From the NCBI RefSeq assembly GCF_000011125.1, contig NC_000854.2, forward strand, positions 1,410,001 to 1,442,000: a stretch of DNA of 32,000 bases, read 5' to 3'. This document shows positions 8,407 to 16,329 of the stretch, piece by piece (position 1 is the stretch's first letter; every line of letters starts with the position of its first letter). The notes beneath the pieces were generated by a model. That model worked only from the letters and a program-made list of their open reading frames with translations. It was not told where the DNA came from and did no database searches. The stretch comes from Aeropyrum pernix K1. GTDB taxonomy: Archaea; Thermoproteota; Thermoprotei_A; Sulfolobales; Acidilobaceae. The position numbers and the translations under genes were made by a program.

Positions 8407-9486
8407 TTAGGGTATCAGGACTGCCCTGCCTAGAACTTCACCTTTCTCTAGCCTCTCAAGCACATCGTTTATTTCATCTAGCTTGTGGATATCAACCTCT
8501 ACCCTGACCTTACCCTGAAGGGCTAACGTGACTAGCTCATGGAGCTCTACATAGTTTCCTACTAGGCTTCCTTCAAAGGATACCTCAGAGGATATCACCC
8601 TGATCGTGGGGAATCTAAGCTCACCCCCATAGCCTACGATGATAAGCCTCCCCATCCTCCCTAGCAGGTATGGTGTATAATCGACTGTAGCCTGAGAGCC
8701 TACGAAGTCCATTGCAACGTTAACTCCTCTCCCCCTGGTAAGCTCCATGACCTGCTTTACAGGGTCTCGTCTAGCGTCAACCACGTGATCCGCTCCAAGC
8801 CTCTCGGCCAGCTTTAGTTTTTCTTCCTTAACGTCCAGTGCTATCACCGTCGCGGGTGTCATAACTTTAAGTAGCTGAACTGCAATATGACCTAATCCTC
8901 CCACGCCCACTATAGCGACGTATGCGCCGGGATAGAGGGTTCGGGCGGCCTTCTTAACAGCCCTATAAGCCGTTATCCCAGCGTCCGCTAGAGGGGCCAT
9001 TTCAACAAGTTTCTCCCTGCTAATATCCTTAGGCAGCTTTATCACAGACCTGTGCGAGGTCCTCATGAACTCTGCAAATCCACCATCGATATTAAGTCCT
9101 GGGAACTCTAGGTTCTCGCAGTGCATATCCTCACCAGCTCTACAGGCTAGACAGGTTCCATCTGTGACCGCCGGGTGAAGAATTACCGGGTCCCCCTTCT
9201 CTAAGCCTTCCACTCCTTCGGCAACTTCTTCAATATACCCGACGTTCTCATGGCCTAAAGTGTAGGGTAGCTTAGGCTGCAATAGCTCATGCCACATTCC
9301 CTGGACAAGGTGGAGGTCCGTATGGCATACGCCAGCGCCTGCAATCCTTACAATAACGTCAAATCTACCTTCTAGCCTCGGATAGTCGACATCCTCTATC
9401 CTCAACGGCTTGTTATACTCGTGGAGCCTGGCAGCTTTCAAACGCTCCACCCCTAGGCTCTGCGAGAAGTCTTGCTCTATTCTCAC
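8407..9486 (-). CDS. adh: zinc-dependent (medium-chain) alcohol dehydrogenase
   Basis: GAGVCHTDLHL and GHENVGYIEEV zinc-ligand motifs, the CLACRAGEDMHC structural-zinc loop, and the VGVGGLGH Rossmann motif. From memory the sequence matches A. pernix ADH. The native start may be the internal TTG that gives MKAARLHEY. Confidence 0.95.
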   Translation of the reverse strand: MRIEQDFSQSLGVERLKAARLHEYNKPLRIEDVDYPRLEGRFDVIVRIAGAGVCHTDLHLVQGMWHELLQPKLPYTLGHENVGYIEEVAEGVEGLEKGDPVILHPAVTDGTCLACRAGEDMHCENLEFPGLNIDGGFAEFMRTSHRSVIKLPKDISREKLVEMAPLADAGITAYRAVKKAARTLYPGAYVAIVGVGGLGHIAVQLLKVMTPATVIALDVKEEKLKLAERLGADHVVDARRDPVKQVMELTRGRGVNVAMDFVGSQATVDYTPYLLGRMGRLIIVGYGGELRFPTIRVISSEVSFEGSLVGNYVELHELVTLALQGKVRVEVDIHKLDEINDVLERLEKGEVLGRAVLIP

Positions 9487-9522
9487 CTTTGACAGAGCAC
9501 TCTTTTAAGCATTCCACTTATG

Positions 9523-9528
9523 TTTAAA
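9523..9528 (-). promoter_or_regulatory. TATA-like element (TTTAAA) upstream of adh
   Basis: AT-rich divergent intergenic region. The element lies 37-42 nt upstream of the GTG at 9486. Confidence 0.35.
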
Positions 9529-9552
9529 CCGTACAAAAGCTAAACAAAACAC

Positions 9553-9559
9553 TTTATAT
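9553..9559 (+). promoter_or_regulatory. TATA-like element (TTTATAT) upstream of the amidohydrolase gene
   Basis: It predicts a transcript start near 9581..9586, where the amidohydrolase frame opens (9585). This fits a leaderless or near-leaderless mRNA. Confidence 0.35.
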
Positions 9560-9602
9560 GAGATCTCTAAGAAGTATTAATTAGTGGCGTTGGGGTGGGA
9601 CT

Positions 9603-10697
9603 ATTATCATAGTTGAAACACCCGATGGAAAAAGACATGAGATCCTAGTTATAGACTATCATACCCACATATGGAGAGGTGAGAGAGATAACTGGCTAAG
9701 GCCAAACCTGGCTAAGGGCTGGATGGACTGCTTCTACGACTATCACAAGTCCTTAAGCCCCGACGAGTATGTTTGGGACTACGAAGAATTCCTCTACTAC
9801 GGATCCGATAAGTTCATTAAAGATGTTTTCGTCGATGGAGGAGTCGATATAGCGCTTTCGCAGCCAGCATATCTCCAGTTTTTCTTCAGAGAACCATTCG
9901 GCAACACTAACGAGTTCGGGACTATGGCTCTAAAGTATCCCTACAGGTTCATCATAGGTACAAGATGGGATCCTAGGGAAGGAGAAGAGGGTAAGAGGCA
10001 GTTGGAGGAGGATGTTAGGAAGTATAGGGTTAAGCCGTGGCAGATGAGACATGTTAAGCTCTATACTGCTGAGTGGAAAGAGGTTAATGGCGGTATTAGC
10101 AGGGGTTGGAGGCTTGATAGCCCGCAAGCTTTCGAATTCCTCGAGTTCAATAGGGAGCTCGGTATAGATATACAAGTCCCCCATAAAGGCCCTACGGTAT
10201 GGCCTCTAAGTAAGGACGCATTTGATGTACACGACGTAGACACGGCAGCATCCTCGTTCCCTGAGCTAAGGTTCGTAGTCACCCACGTAGGACTTCCAAG
10301 GATAGATGATTTTTCATGGATAGGAGTCCAGGATAAAAATGTGTATGCAGGCCTAGCAGTGGCCACAGCGTTTATCAGGAAGAGGCCAAAATACTTTGCA
10401 GAGATAATGGCCGAGCTACTCTTCTGGCTGGGGCCAGACAGGATAATCTTCGGGAGCGACTACGCAATCTGGCATCCCAAATGGATTATCGAGGACTTCA
10501 TAAAGTTCGAGCTACCCAGGGATTTAGAGAGCGAATATGGTGTCGAACTCACACTTGAGAATAAGAAGAAGATTCTAGGCGAGAACGCCGCCAGACTATG
10601 GGGTATTGACGTGGAGGAGGCTAAGAAGGCTGTGAGGGAGGATCAGATAGCGAGTAGATATGGCGCCAAACCTCGAGTCTTTAAGGTTGAGGGCTAA
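9603..10697 (+). CDS. amidohydrolase-2 / metal-dependent TIM-barrel hydrolase family protein
   Basis: The listed ORF starts at ATG 9723, but the same frame is open from 9585 and encodes TIIIVETPDGKRHEILVIDYHTHIW, which contains the family's HxH metal motif. There is no in-frame ATG/GTG/TTG upstream, so the start coordinate is provisional (ATT/ATC/ATA at 9603..9611). Downstream, VVTHVGLP and IFGSDYAIWHP are typical family blocks. Confidence 0.75.
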   Translation: MIIVETPDGKRHEILVIDYHTHIWRGERDNWLRPNLAKGWMDCFYDYHKSLSPDEYVWDYEEFLYYGSDKFIKDVFVDGGVDIALSQPAYLQFFFREPFGNTNEFGTMALKYPYRFIIGTRWDPREGEEGKRQLEEDVRKYRVKPWQMRHVKLYTAEWKEVNGGISRGWRLDSPQAFEFLEFNRELGIDIQVPHKGPTVWPLSKDAFDVHDVDTAASSFPELRFVVTHVGLPRIDDFSWIGVQDKNVYAGLAVATAFIRKRPKYFAEIMAELLFWLGPDRIIFGSDYAIWHPKWIIEDFIKFELPRDLESEYGVELTLENKKKILGENAARLWGIDVEEAKKAVREDQIASRYGAKPRVFKVEG

Positions 10698-10721
10698 AGA
10701 CCTCGTAGCTGTTAGAGGGGA

Positions 10722-11600
10722 TTGTGTCTAGCTGTAGATGGATGGTTTGAGGGTATTAGGTTGGTTTCGAAGAGCGATATTGTCAGGGCCTTAGAGGCTG
10801 TTAGGGATCCTGAGCTAGACATCCCCATAACCGAGCTGGGTCTGATTGACTCGATCACCACCGGCAGCGGGGAGGTCGTTGAAGTGACTATAAGGATGCC
10901 CACGTATTGGTGCTCCCCGAACTTCACCTACATGATCGTTGAAGACGCTAGAAAGGCTTTGGAAAAGCTGGTAGGTCCTGCTAGGGTTAAGGTGTTTCTT
11001 AAAGATCACCACGATGGGGAGAGGATCACGAAATGCGTTAACTCCGGGCTAAGATTTGAGGAGTGCTATCCGGAGGAGGCTGGAGAGGGGTTAGAAGGGT
11101 TAAGGGCTAGGATGAGGGAGAAGGCGTTCCTAGCCAGGCTACACGGGCTAATCAGGATCCTGTTAAGGAAGGGTCTGACCCTCGGGGAACTTGAGAGGCT
11201 GAGACTAGAGGACCTAGAGGTTTCCCAGGGGTCAGTGACTATTCGGGGGGCGAAGCGTATCACACTTGAGTCCATGGAAGCTGACCGCATAGTAGAGTAT
11301 ATCGGGATGCTAAGGGAAGCCGGAGTGACTCGAGGCCCTCTCTTAAGACGGAACTTAAGAGGCGAGCCCTTAGGAAAGGAAAAGATGGAACTACTCTTTA
11401 GTAGGGCGAGACTCACAGCAAGCACCCTATCCTTCAATGCCGAGCTATGTAAGCTATTGATGAATACCCGTAAACTCTCTTCTACTCCTCGAGGAAAAAT
11501 TAGAGGTCGAGCTATTGCTCCAGACCCTGCTCAGCACCCTGACTATCCTGGGTATGAGACAGCAGGGCAAGAAGCTCCCGAGGATCAGGCTTCTCCCTAG
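10722..11600 (+). CDS. DUF59 (MIP18/PaaD-like) domain protein with long C-terminal extension
   Basis: The N-terminal IVRALEAVRDPELDIPITELGLIDSI...VEVTIRMPTYWCSP is the DUF59 signature. The remaining ~190 aa are unassigned, and the last ~50 aa are low-complexity. Confidence 0.6.
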   Translation: MCLAVDGWFEGIRLVSKSDIVRALEAVRDPELDIPITELGLIDSITTGSGEVVEVTIRMPTYWCSPNFTYMIVEDARKALEKLVGPARVKVFLKDHHDGERITKCVNSGLRFEECYPEEAGEGLEGLRARMREKAFLARLHGLIRILLRKGLTLGELERLRLEDLEVSQGSVTIRGAKRITLESMEADRIVEYIGMLREAGVTRGPLLRRNLRGEPLGKEKMELLFSRARLTASTLSFNAELCKLLMNTRKLSSTPRGKIRGRAIAPDPAQHPDYPGYETAGQEAPEDQASP

Positions 11601-11662
11601 CCCCCGTCAAACGTCTAACAAACTCCAGCGAATTCACCCACACTACAAAGTTATGTACTTCC

Positions 11663-11968
11663 TTAGGGAGGCAGCATGCTTAAGAAGAAGGCGGCTATCA
11701 CACCCGCCCCTAGGGTCCCCCCGGCCAGCACCGGCACCAGGAGGGCCCAGGGCCCTAGCTTCCTATCGAGAAGCCATGATACGAGGGAGAGGAGGCCCCA
11801 GACGAGCAGAGAAGGGGGTAACAGCAGGGCCATCTCCACTACTAAGATGTAGAACCCCGGATCAATTGTGAGGCTGAGATCCCTGAGGTCGAGCAGGATG
11901 AATGTTAGAGCAGCGCCCAGAACGTAGAGGATGGGGGTGCTGTACCAGGTCAGCCTCAGCAACCTCAA
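11663..11968 (-). CDS. small membrane protein (about 3 TM segments), hypothetical
   Basis: Three hydrophobic stretches (ILYVLGAALTFILL, LLLPPSLLVWGLLSLVSWLL, ALLVPVLAGGTLGAGVIAAFFL). TTG start. Confidence 0.4.
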   Translation of the reverse strand: MRLLRLTWYSTPILYVLGAALTFILLDLRDLSLTIDPGFYILVVEMALLLPPSLLVWGLLSLVSWLLDRKLGPWALLVPVLAGGTLGAGVIAAFFLSMLPP

Positions 11969-12028
11969 GCAAGAGACCCCCGGGAAAAACCGTAATTTAC
12001 AGGTTTACTTACCGTTTCTTATAATGCA

Positions 12029-12418
12029 TTAGTACCTGACGTCCATGTACATCTTGAGCGCTGTGATGGCAGCAAGCATGGTCTCCGCGTTTGTGGGCAG
12101 CGGCCCGGGGTACTCGGGATCCATGTCGTTGCCCTCGGTTATAAACTCTAGGTAGTCTGGCCTGAAGCCTGCGACCTCGAAGCCTCCGTCAGGCGCCACG
12201 TTATAGGCTACTATGAAGCCGCCGGTGTGGTCGTTTTAAACATGTACTCCCACGTGTCCGAGGATCATGTAACAGCCGCTCCCGCCCCACCGGGCTTTTA
12301 GAAGGACTTTCACCCAATAGGCGTTACTTGGTACCCTAGAGTTTATTGAGGCATAAAACGACTTAGCAGCCAAGAGGTGAACAGGGGGCGAGATTGATGA
12401 AAACAACAGGAGGTAAAT
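12029..12418 (-). pseudogene. interrupted ORF (in-frame TAA at 12236..12238), unknown family
   Basis: My hand translation of the minus strand gives ...LLLFSSISPPVHLLAAKSFYASINSRVPSNAYWVKVLLKARWGGSGCYMILGHVGVHV*NDHTGGFIVAYNVAPDGGFEVAGFRPDYLEFITEGNDMDPEYPGPLPTNAETMLAAITALKMYMDVRY*. The protein-like reading continues through the stop in the same frame. There is no ATG/GVG start; the only candidate is TTG at 12404..12406. Confidence 0.4.
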
Positions 12419-12721
12419 TCATCTGTTAAGTTCCTTCTAGGCCTGTTAGTAATGCTATACTTGCCTATTGTAAACGCTATTGTTACAACACAAAAATCAG
12501 GATTTAATAAGAGATTAGTAATAAATTTGAATAAGGCCCTTACGGCAAAGCAGAGTCGTCACTTAAAAGTAGGCTTGGAAAACCACACTACAAAGGTTCT
12601 GATACTTAACCCCGCTCAGCCTTAAATAGCGCTCTATGAAAGCCATCGGGTCTGCCCTATCCACCTTCAATTATGAATACGCGGTCCCTTTGATTGGCTG
12701 GGATGACTTTAGGATGGTTTG

Positions 12722-12800
12722 TGGGGCCCGGGCCGGGATTTGAACCCGGGACCTCCGGATCCACAGTCCGGCGCTCTATCCAGGCTGAGCTACCCGGGCC
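12722..12800 (-). tRNA. tRNA-His: tRNA-His (anticodon GUG), with encoded G-1 and 3' CCA
   Basis: The reverse complement is G-GCCCGGG-UA-GCUC AGCCUGGAU AGAGC-G-CCGGA CUGUGGA UCCGG-AGGUC-CCGGG UUCAAAU CCCGG-CCCGGGC-C-CCA. It forms a full cloverleaf. The anticodon loop CU-GUG-GA gives His. The extra 5' G opposite C73 is the tRNA-His hallmark. Confidence 0.9.
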
Positions 12801-12983
12801 ACCCTTGTTCTCGGCCGAGTCATACTACGGTGCTCCTCGTGGCTCGGGATAGCAGATCATCGCCCCCAAGGGGGGTTGTGGGGGGCTCAACCCGGGCCCC
12901 AGCCGTCTATCTATGAATGCCTGCTGGAACCTATATAGATCTAGCGTCCCCCGGATCCCTGGGTCTTTAGCCGTTGTTACCTA

Positions 12984-13550
12984 GTGGTTGTGGATGGTCG
13001 GGGTTGTTGGGTGTTGGTTGGGGAGGTCTATACCCTGGGCCACGGTTCGAGGGGGTTGGGCGAGATTGGGGATCTCGTCGAGTCTGTGGGGTCTAGGGTT
13101 GTTGTTGATGTGAGGAGGTGGCCTCGGAGCAGGCGTCACCCCTGGGCCTCCAGGGATACTCTGGAGGGCTTCCTCAGGGGGCGCGGCGTTGCTTACATCC
13201 ACCTGCCAGCCCTGGGCGGCTATAGGTCTTTCGGGAGGGATGTTGACCCGTCGCTGAGGGCCTTGTTCTCCTGTTTCGAGTCGGAGGGGTTCAACGCCTA
13301 CGCAGCCTACCTCGCCTCCAGCCCGGCGGCGTGGAGGGGGCTCGAGGTCATAGCCTACCTCGCCGAGGCTGGGGCTAGGCCTGTGGTTATGTGTAGCGAG
13401 AGGCTGCCGTGGAGATGCCATAGGAAGGTTGTGGCAGACTGGCTCTACGCCAGGGGCTTCAGGGTTCTCCACATACTCGATCGAGACAGTATCGTGGAGC
13501 ACCGGGGGACCAGGTGCGCCTCGATGCTGGGCGGGCCTAGCAGTGTTTAG
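12984..13550 (+). CDS. DUF488-family protein
   Basis: VYTLGHGSR...VVVDVRRWPRSRRHPWASRDTLEGFL...GVAYIHLPALGG...VVMCSERLPWRCHR matches the conserved DUF488 blocks. Confidence 0.8.
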   Translation: MVVDGRGCWVLVGEVYTLGHGSRGLGEIGDLVESVGSRVVVDVRRWPRSRRHPWASRDTLEGFLRGRGVAYIHLPALGGYRSFGRDVDPSLRALFSCFESEGFNAYAAYLASSPAAWRGLEVIAYLAEAGARPVVMCSERLPWRCHRKVVADWLYARGFRVLHILDRDSIVEHRGTRCASMLGGPSSV

Positions 13551-14121
13551 GGGCTGGCGAGACTCGGGCTTTGGAGACGAACGGGTTCCCGGCTATGTAG
13601 AACCTGAGCGGGAGCTCGAGGTCCTCGGAGACGCCGACGCGCCCGGAACACGCTACGCGGAAGCCCTCTACAGCTTCAGGGTTCTCCCAGAGCGTCAAGG
13701 GCGAGCCCCGCTCGTAAACCGGAGCCCCGTCCACACCCCTATCTATGGACAGGGCTCTGGCTAGCCTCCCAGGCCCTATGGGAGGGGGGTCTAGGCGGGG
13801 CGGCTCGAGGGGCTGGCAGGACCTCAGCAGCACCGCCCCAGCCATACCCTCGCTGTGTGCGACTATGTTGAGTAGCCACTGCCTATGCATACCATAGACC
13901 AGGGCTCTCCCGGGCTCCCCATAGAGGGCCCTCCATATCCTTCCCCTCCCCCTCCTGGCCCTGGAGGCGGGGTCGCACTCGCCGAAGTAGGCCTCAGCCT
14001 CGGTAACCATGCACCTCATACATGCTCCGCTGGCGCAGGAGACGAGGATTTTGCCCAACAGCTCTCTAGCCACAACGTCGGGCTGTCTATAGTAAAAACT
14101 CTTGGGTAGAAGCCTACCCAC
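13537..14121 (-). CDS. DNA-3-methyladenine glycosylase (AAG/MPG family)
   Basis: FYYRQPDVVARELLGKILV...VTEAEAYFGECDPASRA...GRALVYGMHRQWLLNIV...GPGRLARALSID fits the Pfam 3-methyladenine glycosylase (MPG) pattern. Confidence 0.85.
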   Translation of the reverse strand: MGRLLPKSFYYRQPDVVARELLGKILVSCASGACMRCMVTEAEAYFGECDPASRARRGRGRIWRALYGEPGRALVYGMHRQWLLNIVAHSEGMAGAVLLRSCQPLEPPRLDPPPIGPGRLARALSIDRGVDGAPVYERGSPLTLWENPEAVEGFRVACSGRVGVSEDLELPLRFYIAGNPFVSKARVSPAPKHC

Positions 14122-14154
14122 TCTTCACCCCCGACGCTTTGGACGGATAGCAGG

Positions 14155-15384
14155 CTAGCCGCTGGACAGCTCCCTAGACGCCCTGACTATTATCTCCGCC
14201 CCCTCCTTCACGTCGCTGGTGGCCGTGGCGAAGCTCAGCCTAACATGCTCCCTGCCAACACTCTCAGGGAAGCTGGTGCCGGGCAGGACCAGGACGCCGT
14301 AGCTGTATAGCAGCTTCTCCGCGAGCTGCTCCACGCTGAGCCCCGTCTTCCTCAGGAGGCCGGCCACACGGGGGAACATGTAGAAGGCGCCCTCCGGGAG
14401 GTAGGGCTCTATACCCTCGGCCTGGGATAGTATGTCGTAAAGTATCCTCGCTCTGCTCCTGAACTCTTCTACCATCTCTCTCACAGGACCCCAGTCGCCT
14501 CTGAGCGCGGCGACGCCAGCCTTCTGAGCTATGCTGGGGGGGCAGCTGTATATTGTGACTGCGAGGTCTAGGGCCTTCGGGATTACCTCCCTCCTGAGCA
14601 CAACATAGCCGAGCCTCCAGCCCGTCATGCTGAATGTCTTGCTGAAACCGTTGACGTAAACGAGGTTCTCCCTCCAGTCTGGGAGGGAGAGGGTGCTCTT
14701 GAAGGGCTTCTCCGTGTAGAGGAAGTTGTCGTATATCTCGTCGGCCAGTATTATTAGGCCCCTCCTCCTCGCTATATCGTGTATCGCCTCCACCTGGTCC
14801 GGCGGGAAAACACTCCCCGTGGGGTTGTGGGGGTTGTTGACAACTATCATCCTCGTCTTCTCGCTCACAGCCCTTTCTATCCCCTCGATATCGAACCTGA
14901 ACCCTAGACCCGGCTCAAACTTCATTGGAACGTAAACGGGCCTGGCGCCGAAGAGTTTAGCCACCTGTGCGTAGGCGTAGTAGCTGGGGTCCGGTATTAT
15001 GACCTCGTCTCCCGGCCTCAGGTAGAGGGCCATACCCAGGAATATTGCAGTCTTAGCCCCCGTCGTGGCTATAACCTCCTCCGGAGACACGTCGGCCCCG
15101 TACCTGGAGTTGAGGTACCATGCGATAGCCTCCCTCAGCTCCGGTATCCCGGCCGTCTCGGTATAGCCTGTGAACCCCTCGTCTAAAGCCTTCTTCGCAG
15201 CCTCTCTAATGTGATGGGGCGTCGGGAAGTCGGGCTGGCCTATCCCAAAGCTTATTACGCGCCTACCCTCCTGGATCAGCTTCCTGGCCACTGCGAGGTA
15301 TGCGAAAGCAGTCTCACCCTCTATCTCAACAACCCTCTCCTGGATGTCCAGGGTAGGATCCTTCTGGGGCAACAGCCAGTTCAC
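14155..15384 (-). CDS. class I/II PLP-dependent (aspartate-type) aminotransferase
   Basis: VVNNPHNPTGSV plus the lysine motif FSKTFSMTGWRLGY. Size is 409 aa. A TATA-like ATATTTAAAA (15386..15395) abuts the GTG, so the true start may be the TTG at 15370..15372. Confidence 0.9.
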   Translation of the reverse strand: MNWLLPQKDPTLDIQERVVEIEGETAFAYLAVARKLIQEGRRVISFGIGQPDFPTPHHIREAAKKALDEGFTGYTETAGIPELREAIAWYLNSRYGADVSPEEVIATTGAKTAIFLGMALYLRPGDEVIIPDPSYYAYAQVAKLFGARPVYVPMKFEPGLGFRFDIEGIERAVSEKTRMIVVNNPHNPTGSVFPPDQVEAIHDIARRRGLIILADEIYDNFLYTEKPFKSTLSLPDWRENLVYVNGFSKTFSMTGWRLGYVVLRREVIPKALDLAVTIYSCPPSIAQKAGVAALRGDWGPVREMVEEFRSRARILYDILSQAEGIEPYLPEGAFYMFPRVAGLLRKTGLSVEQLAEKLLYSYGVLVLPGTSFPESVGREHVRLSFATATSDVKEGAEIIVRASRELSSG

Positions 15385-15437
15385 CTTTTAAATATGATAA
15401 CGGCTCGGGCTAGAAATACATACTATGGGACAAGACC

Positions 15438-15995
15438 TTGTCGAGGTATAACGTCAGGGTGAGGACTTTCCAGAAGAGCTACATACGCATAGGCCCCGCG
15501 CTGCTGGGGGTTCTACAGCTCGAGCGGAGCGAAAGCTTCACGGAGGAGGGAGACCCTCTAGACACGCTTAGCTACGTAATAGAGAGCAGGTCTAAGGCCA
15601 GCGACTATGTGGAGGTGGAGATCGAGTTTATAGCTAGGAGCAGGAGCCACGAGACCCTCCCAGACAAGATGGTTAGGGGTGAGTACGGGGTTGCGAAGAG
15701 GTTCCAGGCGAGGCCTCTCTTCCCCAGGCCAGCTAGGCTGCTGAGGCTGGGAGTGGTCAGGCTCGAGAGGATTATGGACAGCATGAGGGAGCACGGCGGC
15801 TACGCCTCCCTCAGGGGGGAGGATATAGAGTGGTACACGCCGCCCGGTAACGTGTATGTCCTGGAGGGCGAGGCCGAGGTTCAGGAGGACGTGGCCTACC
15901 TCGTGCTGGAGACGGAGCACGGCTCGAGGTGGCTAAGGACGCTCACAAGCCTCGTCCTGAAGCCCCCCTCTCTGCAACACGATCGACAAGCCTAG
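15438..15995 (+). CDS. hypothetical protein (185 aa)
   Basis: Balanced, protein-like composition and a TTG start downstream of an AT-rich divergent promoter region. No family recognised. Confidence 0.5.
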   Translation: MSRYNVRVRTFQKSYIRIGPALLGVLQLERSESFTEEGDPLDTLSYVIESRSKASDYVEVEIEFIARSRSHETLPDKMVRGEYGVAKRFQARPLFPRPARLLRLGVVRLERIMDSMREHGGYASLRGEDIEWYTPPGNVYVLEGEAEVQEDVAYLVLETEHGSRWLRTLTSLVLKPPSLQHDRQA

Positions 15996-16224
15996 CTATA
16001 TCACCCGAGTGGACCCGGACGAGGTGGATGTAGTAACCCCTCCTCGACTGCAGCCTCCTACCGCAGAACGGGCAGACCCCTGTCTCCCACCTGAGGAGCT
16101 CGGCAACCTGGGCTGCAGCATAGGCCAGATGGGGGGATAGATCGCCGGCCTCCAAACCCTCCCCGAAGGCAGCCATCCTGGCGACCCTAGCAGCTATATT
16201 ATCCCCGGTCAAGCGGCTCAACAC
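15943..16224 (-). CDS. small C2H2 zinc-finger protein
   Basis: CPFCGRRLQSRRGYYIHLVRVH has C-x2-C-x12-H-x4-H spacing, which is the classical C2H2 spacing. Confidence 0.55.
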   Translation of the reverse strand: MLSRLTGDNIAARVARMAAFGEGLEAGDLSPHLAYAAAQVAELLRWETGVCPFCGRRLQSRRGYYIHLVRVHSGDIARLVDRVAERGASGRGL

Positions 16225-16329
16225 CGGAATAACCGTACCTCACTACCCTACATAACCGGAAACACGCCGTCTAATGAGGTGTTCCCCCGTATAAGGTGGT
16301 TAGGTTGTGTTAGGGCGAAGGCCGGCGTG

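Noticed and set aside
12629-12779. GCGCTCTAT occurs at 12629..12637 and inside tRNA-His (12771..12779). I considered it as an att-type direct repeat.
   Set aside because: It is only 9 nt and lies in the D-arm region rather than the 3' half. It is adjacent to the tRNA, not at the far boundary of the block. No integrase gene is present.
12719-12916. 65-aa plus-strand ORF.
   Set aside because: It runs antisense across the tRNA-His gene. The translation is dominated by the tRNA's GC-rich stems.
12981-13502. 173-aa minus-strand ORF mirroring the DUF488 gene.
   Set aside because: Pro-rich, low-complexity translation. The opposite strand has clear DUF488 family blocks.
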